From assembly GCA_002269645.1 (NCBI GenBank), contig NIVC01003836.1, forward strand, positions 1 to 64,000: a DNA stretch of 64,000 nt. Reading direction: 5' to 3'. This document shows, piece by piece, positions 12,401 through 21,673 of this stretch. Under the pieces are notes generated by a model, which had not been told where the DNA came from, searched no databases, and was given only the letters and a program-made list of their open reading frames with translations. Source of the stretch: Macrostomum lignano (lineage: Eukaryota). How positions within the stretch are numbered: position 1 is the first letter of the stretch; each line of letters starts with the position of its first letter. The translations under genes and the position numbers were made by a program.

Positions 12401-15400
12401 TCCGACTCTCTGATGCCTCTTCGAGAGCTCCAGCTACCAGGAAGTTCTCAAATGACTTGATCCACCTTGCCCATGGCACAGGAGGTTCGCCTGGTACTGG
12501 TTGAAACTCCGCTGGGTACGGGAGTCCGCTCGTCGCCATTTGTTGTGTTCTAGTTGATTGATTAAATTCAATTCAGTTGGAGACACTTGAGTCTCGCTCA
12601 ATATATTTATACTCATGTGCACGTTGAAAACAGTGTTACGCAATCGAAACAACGATACCATGATTGAACGCACGATGCATATAAGGTAATTGAACAATTC
12701 TAGCCTCAAAGTTAGTTAGTTACAACACCTAGGCCTGATGCACAGTCACTACACCGTACTTGCGTACTCCCGTACTTGTGTACTCCCGTACTTGCGTACT
12801 CCCGTACTTGCCCGTCTCCGACTGCTCGTTGGCCACATTTTCGCTTCTTTTCATTGGCTGACACCGACATTCTGTCTGTCATTGCACTTTTTGAATGTGT
12901 TCGACAAATTAATTACCCTGGCCTTGGCGCCTGGTTCGAAATTGTTGCGAACGAAGAGCGCCGACAGAGCCTGGTTCATGCCCCACCGCACGGTCTCCAG
13001 GCAGTCAGTCGCTGCGTCGTCACCACCACTGCCGCCGTCGACGCCAATTGTGAGCCCGTTGCTGGGCCAAACTATTCGTCGGTAGGCGGCAAATCTGAGC
13101 CGGTACTCGCCGCTCAGATCCCATTGGAAGAAGGCGATCAGGGTCCAGGTGAGGTAGTTGTTCATCTTTCTGCTCGGGGTGCGGCCAATGAAAAAAATTA
13201 GTCTCTTCCAAAAGCTCGAAACACCTCGAAACTTCCTAACCTGGAAACTTCCCAACCATGGAAACTTCCCAATCTGGAAACTTCCCAACTTTAAAACTTC
13301 TCAACCTTGAAGCTTCCCAACCTGGAAACTTCCCAACCTTGAATCTCCCAACCTTGAATCTCTCAACCTTGAATCTCTCAACCTTGAATCTCCTAACCTT
13401 GAATCTCCCAACCGTGAATCTCCTAACCTTGAATCTCCCAACCTTGAATCTCCTAACCTTGAATCTCCTAACCTTGAATCTCCCAACCTTGAATCTCCTA
13501 ACCTTGAATCTCCCAACCGTGAATCTCCTAACCTTGAATCCCCCAACCGTGAATCTCCTAACCTTGAATCTCCCAACCTTGAATCTCCTAACCTTGAATC
13601 TCCCAACCGTGAATCTCCTAACCTTGAATCTCCCTACCTGGAAACTTCCCAACCTTAAAACTTCCCAACCTTAAAACTTCCCACCCCGAAACTTCCCAAC
13701 CTTGAATCTCCCAACCTCGAAACTTAATTTTAGTCTAAAACGACGTGAATGGCGTCTAATCAGACTCAATCTGCAGTCTGGTAAATTAAAACTCGAAAAC
13801 TGCGTTTTCTCAATATCTCTGAGTGCAGACTCAGCGTTTCATTAAACTTTTTAATCGGCCTTTTCTCAATAGACCAACTTTACCGATTGAAGTCAGTGGG
13901 GCTGCCTCTGCGCATGGAGTCCAACAGGTCCCGCAGCTGGTCAACATAATACCAGTCAGTCACCAGCACCTGGGTGTCGTTTCTTATCACCAGACCTGGC
14001 TGGTAGATTTCAGCCAGGTAGGCTCGGAAGTCAAAGTAAGACGAAATTCTATCAGTGAGATCGCTGATTTTCGCTAAGTTGGCCGGATGGTCGGCGGGTT
14101 GCTCGGGAAGGCTGGCGTGCTGCAGGACGGCCTCGTGAGTCTGCGGAGTTCGAGGGATGCAAGTTTGAGCTGAAATTCTTACTGAAGTGACAATAAAACG
14201 GAGGAATTCCCTGTTGTAAGAAAATTCCCCGATAGTGGAATGGCAAGAGGGAATTCCCATCTTACTGAACCTTAATGGTATGATAGCAAGGGGAATCCCC
14301 ATCTGAACCCATCTTAAATAGTGTGATAGCAAGGGGAATCCCCATCTGAACCCATCTTAACAGTATGATAGCAAAAGGGAATCCCCATCTGAACCTATAT
14401 CTTAACAGTATGATAGGAAAGGGGAATTCCCATCTAAACCCATTTTAACAGTATAATAGCAAAGAGGAATTTCCAATCGGAACCCATCTTAACGGTATGA
14501 TAGCAAGGGGGAATTCCCAACTGGGCCCATCTTAACGGTATGATAGCAAGGGACAGTAGAATGCCCATAGAATTCCCATCTGGACAGTAGAATGGCAAGG
14601 CGGAATTCCCATTAATTTCGTTTTAAAATCAAGTTTCTTCCTATTAAGCTGAGATGCATTTAATTTTCTTAGGTTTATTCTCTACTTCTTAAACTACTGC
14701 CAGTAGCAAGCAGCGCTTTCTGAGCTTCCATTTCAAAATCCCTCACCAGCAGCAGCTGCTCCTCAACGTAGAGCACATCGTTGGCAAATGTCTCAACTCG
14801 AGCTGTCTGATTGGTCATCGCCGCGTCTCTCAACAGCATGCCGGCCACGTCCTTGATCAGGCTGCGGTACAGCTCCTTCTCCTAAATTATTTGAAAAAAA
14901 TTTTTTCGTATTTTCATAGAAAATGTGGTCTACTTTGCGACTACTTTGTACTAAAATATCAACAATGAGACTTACATGACGGACGTACATCGCGTCGCTT
15001 CGAGAGTTCATGCCAACCTAAATTATAGAGTGAGTTTTGTCTCTGTTTTCTGGGAACTTATTGAGAATCTCTGATTGAGAATCACTCACCCGAGAATCCC
15101 TCACCTGCGAATCTCTTACCTGAGAATATCTCACCTTAGAATCTCTCACCTGAGAATCCTTCTCCCGAGAATCTTTCACCTGAGAATCTCTCACCTGGGA
15201 ATCTCTCACTTGAGAATCTCACACAAAGAACCTCCCACTTGGGAATCTCTCACCTGAGAATCTCTCACCTGAGAATCTCTCACTTGAGGATCTCTCACCT
15301 GAGAATCTCTTTGCACTTGAGAATCTCTCACCTGAGAATCTCTCACTTGAGAATCTCTAACCTGAGTATCTCTCACCTGAGAATCGCTCACCTGATAATC

Positions 15401-16869
15401 TCTCACCTGAGAATCTCTCACCTGAGAATCTCTCACTTGAGAATCTCTAACCTGAGTATCTCTCACCTGAGAATCGCTCACCTGATAATCTCTCACCTGA
15501 GAATCTCTCACCTGAGAATCGCTCACCTGAGAATCGCTCACCTGATAGTCTCTCACCTGAGAATCTCCCACCTGAGAATTAATCTCTCACCTGAGAATCT
15601 CTCACCTGAGAATCTCTCACTTGAGAATCTCTCACCTCAGAATCTTTCACTTGAGAATCTCTCACCTGAGAGTCTCATTTAAAGTCGCTCTAATACTCAA
15701 CGGAAATTAACATAAAGAAAAATGGTTCTCTACAATACAAAACCTCTCTGGGTTTTCTCCTATGAGACGAAATGCTATTGTCTCAATCAAAGAGCAAAAG
15801 CTCCTCACCCAGATAGCGTAGCGCCTGTCGCTGCCCCTCCGGTGCAGGAAGTCGCTGTAGACGGCTCTCGTGGCGAACAGCGAGTGCGCGAAGAACCTGC
15901 CGCTGACCGCCTGGAAAGTGCGGCTGAAACCGCCGAGGCCGCCAGCCGCTGAGCTGGACTGGTTGAGCAGGAACTCGCCGACACCTGCCGCTCGCATCGC
16001 GGCCAACAGCGGGTTGTCGCCGATGTAACTCGGCGTGTCGAAATTCTCCTCGCACCTGGAGAAGCAATCATGGACGGCAATTCTGCCCATTCCTCTGACT
16101 CCTGAGCGCATGCACTCGTACACACGCTCACACAGGGTGTACACACGCTCACACAGGGTGTACACACGCTCACACAGGGTGTACACACGCTCACACAGGG
16201 TGTACACACGCTCACACAGGGTGTACACACGATCACACAGGGTGTACACACGATCACACAGGGTGTACACACGCTCACACGCTCACACAGGGTGTACACA
16301 CGCTCACACAGGGTGTACAGCGGCCATTTGACTTTCTAATCGTCAGGCATGTACACTGTCTGTTGGTTGGCCCTCATGGCTGTGATCTGCTCTTCTCCCT
16401 ACCTGGCGTAGAACCGTCTCAGCTTCCGTTCCCAAGCAGGATTTCCGCCCCCACCGCCGCCGCCGCTTCTCAAGCTACTCGCCAGTTTCCGCCGAGCTCC
16501 GAGCTCCATCTCCGCAGGGACATTGCCCGCTGTTCCGTCTCCGCCGCACGCGAAGCTGTAGAAATCTGAGCACGGCTCCGAGCTGGTGTTCATCCGTCGG
16601 GCTGCCGCGGCCGCCACGGAGAGGCAGTCTGGCTCGGTCAAGCAGATGTCGGTCAGCTCCAAGCTGCCGTTGTCAGCGCCTCGGCGAATGGCTACGGCGA
16701 ACAGGCAGATGAAGACAATGGCGAGCAGGCTGACCAGACCGGTGGCGACGGCGAGGCAGCGGGCCGGAGGCAGCGGAAGGCGCCGGAAGAATCGGCTGAA
16801 GACGCCGCTGCTGCCGCCGCTGGCACTGTCGTCAGAGTGGAAGATGTGCGCTTTGCCGGGGTGCCTCAT
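3447..16869 (-). CDS. M13 family (neprilysin/ECE-like) type II membrane protein, about 808 aa, predicted non-catalytic
   Basis: Ten exons with GT-AG junctions and consistent phases: 16869-16403, 16055-15809, 14881-14747, 14140-13884, 13169-12917, 8028-7852, 7481-7190, 5602-5247, 4479-4325, 3534-3447 (2427 nt). N-terminal TM segment, CLTEPDC...PCSDFYSFACGG, KMNNYLTW, WMDNETKRRAKQRLADM..KTGYPD, AGALQVPLF, HEILQSFD, and C-terminal VLSNAPGFAKAFGCP..CSLY*. Confidence 0.9.
4549..4925 (+). mobile_element. tRNA-derived SINE, near-full-length copy A (in an M13 intron)
   Basis: B-box-like GCTCGATTCC, a body shared with 42575-42881 and 57504-57867, and a tail ctctaacaaagaaaaaaa. Confidence 0.7.
5010..5125 (+). 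mobile_element. SINE central-domain fragment
   Basis: gtgtacatgcc..acgattagaaagtcaaggccgctgtacaccctgtgtg, the same core as SINE copies A/B/C. Confidence 0.6.
5700..7160. repeat. 23-bp minisatellite (ccaagtcaccgtcatctctctga)n filling an M13 intron
   Basis: Roughly 60 tandem units with point variants, lying between exons 7481-7190 and 5602-5247. Confidence 0.95.
7635..7745 (+). mobile_element. SINE central-domain fragment
   Basis: cccccaaggcacagaaattgtacatg..gacgattagaaagccagtcaggaccgccgtacaccctgcgtgagcgtgtg. Confidence 0.55.
8638..10599 (-). CDS. pol: RT thumb/connection, RNase H and integrase (continuation of pol across a 1-nt frameshift)
   Basis: CDASLDGLGAVL, YSAGEREALA, TDHKAL, ADMLSR, HEGHPG...C..C, DLYSKW, SDNGPQF, NGGVERFNRSLK. 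The junction CTC GGG CAG TGA would read CTC GGG GCA GTG AAC (LGAVNF) with one extra G. Confidence 0.9.
   Translation of the reverse strand: MNFLHKFIPHYSAIAEPLRQLLKKDADWHWGERERTAFRTLKSAVTSSPVLAHFDCQAETYVTCDASLDGLGAVLSQVQNEKEVPIAFASRALSPAEKRYSAGEREALACVWSIERWHYYLYGRRVTLRTDHKALTTLLDSKGMGHRPLRIHRWVERLRGYDVRFEHIPGADNKCADMLSRWATTERVPAEETDEEGYVYAVVDSKTTLTADALATATKEDEVLQAVLQYISGGWPTKVDSSLKPYFNVRDELFCWNNGQCLGRGERAIIPTSLRLQVIEEAHEGHPGVVRSKQRCRDTVWFPGIDRQVEDYVKNCTACTLAEKSGKPQQTIVTPIEWPDGPWDKVEIDIFGEVAAAPRHQRFLLVIHDLYSKWPEIAAMETVTSANIIKTLRKLFGRWGVPKMLISDNGPQFVSDEFEEFLRAEGIKHSRVSRYYPQGNGGVERFNRSLKEGLAANLRAGAKFEDAIDLVLKTYRTSQHALTGLTPAELMIGRKLRSGLQLLRPTPVQQRDDSDLRDSIAQRQAKNADYTNKRRRARDSMLQAGDWVWRQTPHRAHKLATRLKEPLKIASKAGRNTFVLSDGTKWQASRLVKCNSPPADNGAADQEDDWFDLPLPPAPPPRTGEPPPPPELRRSTRARRQPARYPLPEGGRM
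10596..12539 (-). CDS. gag-pol: gag (two CCHC knuckles), aspartic protease and reverse transcriptase
   Basis: CTRCGGNHGHRGEC and CRRCGKTNHFAKMC; LQIDCGAAVSLL; LCVDLRQVNK, LDLRQGYQQI, PFGLSS, VDDILVHG. Confidence 0.93.
   Translation of the reverse strand: MATSGLPYPAEFQPVPGEPPVPWARWIKSFENFLVAGALEEASESRKKAILLHLLGEEGRRRAANVDASKSLQETKKALKAIFSSSRSVIAERFAFRQRAQHDGESIGDYVMALRELATNCKFDTFHDEMIRDQLVEKTCVPRIRERLLMEEDDLTLDDAIKKAERIEAAIKDAKQVSGPELHVKALSKKPKPAARHEKTAAAGPKCTRCGGNHGHRGECKAMGQKCRRCGKTNHFAKMCRMKAVSAIDTKEPAESSLTVLAVNNKSTDSLFCECRLGGQLIRLQIDCGAAVSLLNMETFKKSFARHPLLPTSTKLEAYGGSAIKTIGKVELPVTFNGIRTEATFYVADKGANILGRDLFQALGFKIFQGDNRVMSISETTIERDFPGIFDGLGRSKSFIHRTKIDASVKPVSQPMRKLPIGLKDEVTSEISRMEQQGIIEKVDASEWVSNVVVTRKKESNKVRLCVDLRQVNKAVIADRYPVPSIEDLSASINGSKCFSKLDLRQGYQQIPLHPDSRGLTCFITDAGLYQFTVVPFGLSSSGAAFQRALQTVLRGAPGAINIVDDILVHGKDETEHDKNLREVLGRIHREGFTLNREKCKFRQASVDFFGLVISADGIKPTKCNVDAILRIPEPSTVAQIQSFLGQ
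13225..13725. repeat. 15-bp minisatellite (aaccttgaatctccc)n, intronic
   Basis: Direct tandem units; explains the repetitive ORFs at 13236-13674. Confidence 0.95.
14190..14610. repeat. Degenerate tandem repeat of about 37 bp (gatagcaaggggaatccccatctgaacccatcttaa..), intronic
   Basis: About 8-10 diverged units, visible by eye. Confidence 0.75.
15065..15675. repeat. 15-bp minisatellite (gagaatctctcacct)n, intronic
   Basis: Tandem units; on the host (minus) strand each unit reads ttctcag|gtgaga. Confidence 0.95.
16118..16368 (-). repeat. 21-bp minisatellite (tacaccctgtgtgagcgtgtg)n expanded from a SINE core fragment
   Basis: The reverse complement of 16321-16368 is the SINE core, and it runs directly into about 9 copies of its own next 21 bp. 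Confidence 0.85.
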
Positions 16870-16957
16870 GGCTGTTGCATTCCCTGAAAGCAGCTCCGCC
16901 ACCCACCTTGGCCAGCGGCCTATATCTGCTGTCTACCTAGGCAGCAATTTGCATTCA

Positions 16958-16971
16958 GTTGTCATGGTTAC
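16958..16971 (-). promoter_or_regulatory. RFX X-box-like motif upstream of the M13 gene
   Basis: GTAACCATGACAAC on the minus strand fits GTHNYY-AT-RRNAAC exactly and lies about 90 bp upstream of the ATG at 16869. Confidence 0.55.
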
Positions 16972-17209
16972 GCGCTGTGTTTAACACTCAGTTTGAATAT
17001 GTTTATATTCTTATGCATGAGAATATTTATTCAAATGCAAATCGCTATATTAATAATCAGATCAGAGCTGCTTATTTTAAAAGGTATTTTTTTCGAGCGA
17101 ATCCAGGGTACAAAGTCTGCATAGCTTAGAAGTTCGCTAAACTCATGGGTGAAGATTTACACTGGCTGCTTTTGGCTAAGTTATTTATTCAAAATTCTTT
17201 AAGCCAATA

Positions 17210-17890
17210 GACTTCAGGTGATCTATACCCAATCAGTTCCATAATCTTCAGGTGATCTATACCCAATCAGTTCCATATCCTTCAGGTGATCTATACCCAA
17301 TCAGTTCCATAATCTTCAGGTGATCTATACCCAATCAGTTCCATATCCTTCAGGTGATCTATACCCAATCAGTTCCATATCCTTCAGGTGAGCAATACGA
17401 ATCAGTTCCATATCCTTCAGATGAGCAATACCAATCTGTTCCATATCCTTCAGGTGAGCAATACCAATCTGTTCCATTTCCTTCAGGTGAGCAATACCAA
17501 TCTGTTCCATATCCTTCAGGTGAGCAATACCAATCTGTTCCATTTCCTTCAGGTGAGCAATACCAATCTGTTCCATATCCTTCAGGTGAGCAATACGAAT
17601 CTGTTCCATATCCTTCAGGTGATCTATACCCAATCAGTTCCATATCCTTCAGGTGAGCAATACGAATCAGTTCCATATCCTTCAGGTGAGCAATACCAAT
17701 CTGTTCCATATCCTTCAGGTGAGCAATACGAATCAGTTCCATATCCTTCAGGTGAGCAATACGAATCAGTTCCATATCCTTCAGGTGAGCAATACCAATC
17801 TGTTCCATATCCTTCAGGTGAGCAATACCAATCTGTTCCATATCCTTCAGGTGAGCAATACGAATCTGTTCCATATCCTTCAGGTGAGCA
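17210..17890. repeat. 33-bp minisatellite (ttcaggtgagcaataccaatctgttccatatcc)n
   Basis: About 20 tandem units in two variant types, upstream of the M13 gene. Confidence 0.95.
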
Positions 17891-19374
17891 TTTAGGCTGT
17901 CAGCAGAGCGGCACATGACACAGGGCAAGGAGTCTGATTGCGGGTGTTAAGTCACCCACCCGCAGAATTTCTTGCAGACACTGGCTAATTTATTTATATC
18001 TGTTCCGCATCAGTGAGTACAGCCCCCCCCCCGTCAGACAAGTCATGTTCCTACAAGCTTAAGAGCTTTAACAAGCAACAAGCAAGGAAAAATATAAAAA
18101 AAATGCGGGTCGCACTGGATGACCTCGGCCGACACTGTTCATTGTGTTTGAAAGCTTTATGCGCTCGTATGCGAGGAGATCTTAAACTTGAGTCTGGAGT
18201 TGCCGGCTCCTTTGGGTAGCAACAGTTTCCTTCAACAGTTTTCATTTTACAAACATGAAGAGATATCCTCCCCTCTCCCTCCCCTCTCCTCTCCCTCCCC
18301 TGTCCTCTCCCTCCCCTCTCCTCTCCCTCTCCTCTCTGCACTCCCTCCCGACCTGTTCTCCTCTCTACCCCATTTCCATCCACTATCCAAGCTTCATATC
18401 AGTTAGCAAACTCTCTGCCTCTTCGAAAACGCTAGTTACCTATCAGTCCAAGCCCTCGCATACACGTAGAAAGGGGACTCCGGCATTCATGGCTCATCTC
18501 AAATTGAAGTTCTGTCTAAAAAAACGCACTTACAGAATTCGCTCAATCTTAGGTCAATCGGTGCATAATGCCGTCCCGTCATTTTACTCAAAGTTGGATC
18601 TCTATGCAGGCAGTCTGACTAGCTAACCTTACCAAATTCCCCTGCATAGTTCCACACCCTCATGCGGATGCAGATGCGCCCCCATCACATGCTTTTGCTC
18701 CGCAGTAACCCTCTCTGATCAGCCACCGCCATCCTCGCTTGTTGGACGGGGCCCGGTTGGGAGGGGGCGCAGTCTGTCTGGCACGGCCCACGCACCGGCC
18801 AAGGACTCTTCCCGTAGGAATTATTAACAGCATTCCGGACTAGAAACCTTAGAGATCTACCTGTCCCGCTAGTCCAGTTGTCACTAATAGGGGGTCTTTG
18901 CCGCCGGACAACAGGTGCCGCATATTATATAATTAAAATGAAAGCGGCCCTGCCGCAGCGGCGGAGGCTGGGGAGCGGCTCCCCGTTTCCCTCATCAGCC
19001 ACTTGCTCCAACCACCCCCCGGATTTAAGGGAACTCTACATGCAGTTTGAGCAATATGACGGGCTTCAGAGCAACTTTAAACCTGTATATGCGGGTCCAG
19101 ACAATGCGCAGCATGCTGACGGGAGAAGGGGACGAGAGGATCAGCCGGAGACTCCGGCAACAAGAAGATCCGTGAATTGAAGTCTGGAGTGCCAGTTCAT
19201 CTTGCTCATGACCTGGTTTCTCAAAAAAATCCCAGGAAAGTTGCGATACAGAAAGTTCCATAACCCTTGCTCGATCTTCAATTATGCGGTGAAATTCAAA
19301 GAATTTATTTAGCTTTAAATAGGAACCAAGCATGTCGCTTTGTGAAGAGTCGCTTACATTTCAGACCGAATTCG

Positions 19375-20050
19375 AAATTTCACAAGACCGAAACTTCACA
19401 AGACCGAAACTTCACAAGACCGAAACTTCACAAGACCGAAACTTCACAAGACCGAAACTTCACAAGACCGAAACTTCACAAGACCGAAACTTCACCAGAT
19501 GGAAATTTCACAAGACCGAAACTTCACCAGACCGAAACTTCACAAGATCGAAACTTCACAAGACCGAAACTTCACAAGACCGAAACTTCACAAGACCGAA
19601 ACTTCACAAGACCGAAACTTCAAAAGACCAAAACTTCACAAGACCGAAACTTCACAAGACCGAAACTTCACAAGACCGAAACTTCACAAGACCGAAACTT
19701 CACAAGACCGAAACTTCACAAGACCGAAACTTCACAAGATCGAAACTTCACAATACCGAAACTTCACAAGACCGAAATTTCACAAGACCGAAACTTCACA
19801 AGACCGAAACTTCACAAGACCGAAACTTCACACGACCGAAATTTCACAAGACCGAAACTTCACAAGACCGAAACTTCACAAGACCGAAACTTCACAAGAC
19901 CGAAACTTCACAAGACCGAAACTTCACCAGACCGAAACTTCATAAGACAGAAATTTCACAACGCCGAAAACTACTAGCTCGTACATGGTCTTTGTTATAT
20001 TGATTTCTACTATGTGAAGTTTCAGCTTTGTGAAGTTTCGGTCTTGTGAA
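19375..20050. repeat. 16-bp minisatellite (acaagaccgaaacttc)n with a short inverted copy at 20012-20050
   Basis: Tandem units at 19375-19960; gaagtttcggtcttgtgaaa downstream is the reverse complement of the unit. Confidence 0.9.
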
Positions 20051-20859
20051 AAGAAAATGTTTAGGCGTTGAAAAAATTCTGCGTTACGAAGCCCCGTTTG
20101 TGAATATTGAAAAACCACTCCAGATTATGCTCTCAGCTCTCCATGACTCAGGAATGGGGAAGCGGGACAACCCCCACCCCCAGCCTAACCTTAACAAGAA
20201 AGTAGCGTAATTAAGCTGGCCCGCAGTCTCACTGACCAGTGAGGGAAACGCGGGAGCGCAGTCTGATGATAGCCAGTTTTTTGGACAGTTTTTTTGCCGG
20301 GCAGTTTTATTGTTGAGCCCCCTTGCTGAGAAGGGTTTACGGCTGGTGATTCTGACCCGATCATGCGAGGCTGCAGGTAGGGCAGTAAACTCATGTTCAT
20401 TTTCCCTCATCTCAGGCGCCGCAGCCTCCCACAGTCCTCCCCCCCCCAGTTCCACCCCCGCCGCCCGCTGCTTGACAACTGTTGCAGCAAATTTTTCCCC
20501 AAAAGTTTCTGCTATCTTGGCAGAAAGTACGAGCCAGAAACGGATTAGTTGCGGATTAAATCGCGTGGGTTCAGCTGCCAGGGCGGCCAGGGCCCGTGTT
20601 GGGCCAGCCAACAAAGACCTTTGATTGTCTGCTCTATGCGGCGGCGTCTGCTAGCAATTTACTGTCTCTCAAAGCCAGTTAGATTGATTGAGTATCCAGC
20701 TGTATGGCTGATGCATGCTAACTGATGGAATGCACCACATTCGCTAGTGTTCTGAGGTTTGAAGGCCGCGGAGCCAAAGTGGACACTTTTATCGACGTAA
20801 GAAGCAGCCTCTCAAAGAGCAACAAGAAAACCTGTGTTCCACAATCAGCACTGATGAAC

Positions 20860-21205
20860 AGCACCCCATGAACCAGCACCTCACAAACAGCACCTCACAA
20901 ACAGCACCCCACAAACAGCACCTCACAAACAGAACCCCACAAACAGCACCCCACAAGCAGCACCCCACAAACAGCACCCCACAAACAGCCCACCACAAAC
21001 AGCACCCCACAAACAGCCCACCACAAACAGCACCCCACAAACAGCACCCCACAAGCAGCACCCCACAAACAGCACCTCACAAACAGCACCCCACAAACAG
21101 CACCCCACAAACAGCACCCCACAAACAGCACCCCACAAACAGCACCCCACAAACAGCACCCCACAAACAGCACCTCACAAACAGCACCCCACAAACAGCA
21201 CCCCA
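20860..21205. repeat. 15-bp minisatellite (aaacagcaccccaca)n
   Basis: Tandem units; explains the Cys/Trp-rich pseudo-ORFs at 20789-21206. Confidence 0.92.
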
Positions 21206-21673
21206 CAAGCCAACAGCTGCCGCAGCAGCAACATGGCTAAGAATTCTTGCTGAGCAGGACTCACCCGCATGGGGAACCCACCCGTTGGAGAGGCCAGATG
21301 AGTAGGGGGTCGGTCCACAGGGGTGTGGGTGGACAAACTCTACCTGTTAGCAGTTCCTGTTGAGCTGAGTTGATCATGGTCCGATTAGGGCTCAACAGTG
21401 GTTAGCGAAAACCTGTGTTCCCCCATGGTAGTAATAAAGTGGGATTTCACTTCCGTTCTCTTCCCGTTTCCCCTGCAGCGGCAGCCAATGAGGATGACCG
21501 GCTTTCAGAGAGTTTTGGGAGGCAACGGATGGGGTGGGAAGTCGGCGGCATATATTAAAGTCTCTGCACTTCGCGACAACCCGCTGTCCTCCCCGGACTG
21601 GGAAACCCGCACTGAAGCTAGCCAGACTCACTTCGTTGAAACCAATATTCAAGTCATCTTTTGGGCCTTCATC

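Larger units (their letters stand above)
8430..12753 (-). mobile_element. Full-length Ty3/gypsy (Mag-like) LTR retrotransposon, 4324 bp, inside an M13 intron
   Basis: Two 213-bp LTRs (8430-8642 and 12541-12753), identical by eye, with TG...CA ends. 5-bp TSD CCGTA (8425-8429 and 12754-12758). PBS TGGCGACGAG follows the 5' LTR and the PPT GGAAGGGGGGAGAA abuts the 3' LTR. Domain order is gag-PR-RT-RH-IN. Confidence 0.97.
8375..12812. repeat. 16-bp minisatellite (cgtacttgtgtactcc)n split by the LTR element
   Basis: Units occur at about 8375-8429 and 12754-12812, on both sides of the element. Confidence 0.8.

Noticed and set aside
7218-12413. Plus-strand ORFs overlapping M13 exons and gag-pol (e.g. 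7218-7601, 8929-9417, 11509-12162)
   Set aside because: Antisense shadows of GC-rich coding sequence, with no independent motifs.
8383-12709. Twin ORFs MRLELFNYLICIVRS.. (8383-8598 and 12434-12709)
   Set aside because: They are simply the two identical LTRs read in one frame; no protein features.
17210-17890. CRISPR-like regular 33-41-bp arrays (also 34120-34545, 36535-39665, 41630-41958)
   Set aside because: The units are directly adjacent with no unique spacers, there are no cas genes, and the context is eukaryotic and intronic; these are minisatellites.
18878-19180. 100-aa ORF upstream of SKOR
   Set aside because: No recognisable motif or supporting exon structure.
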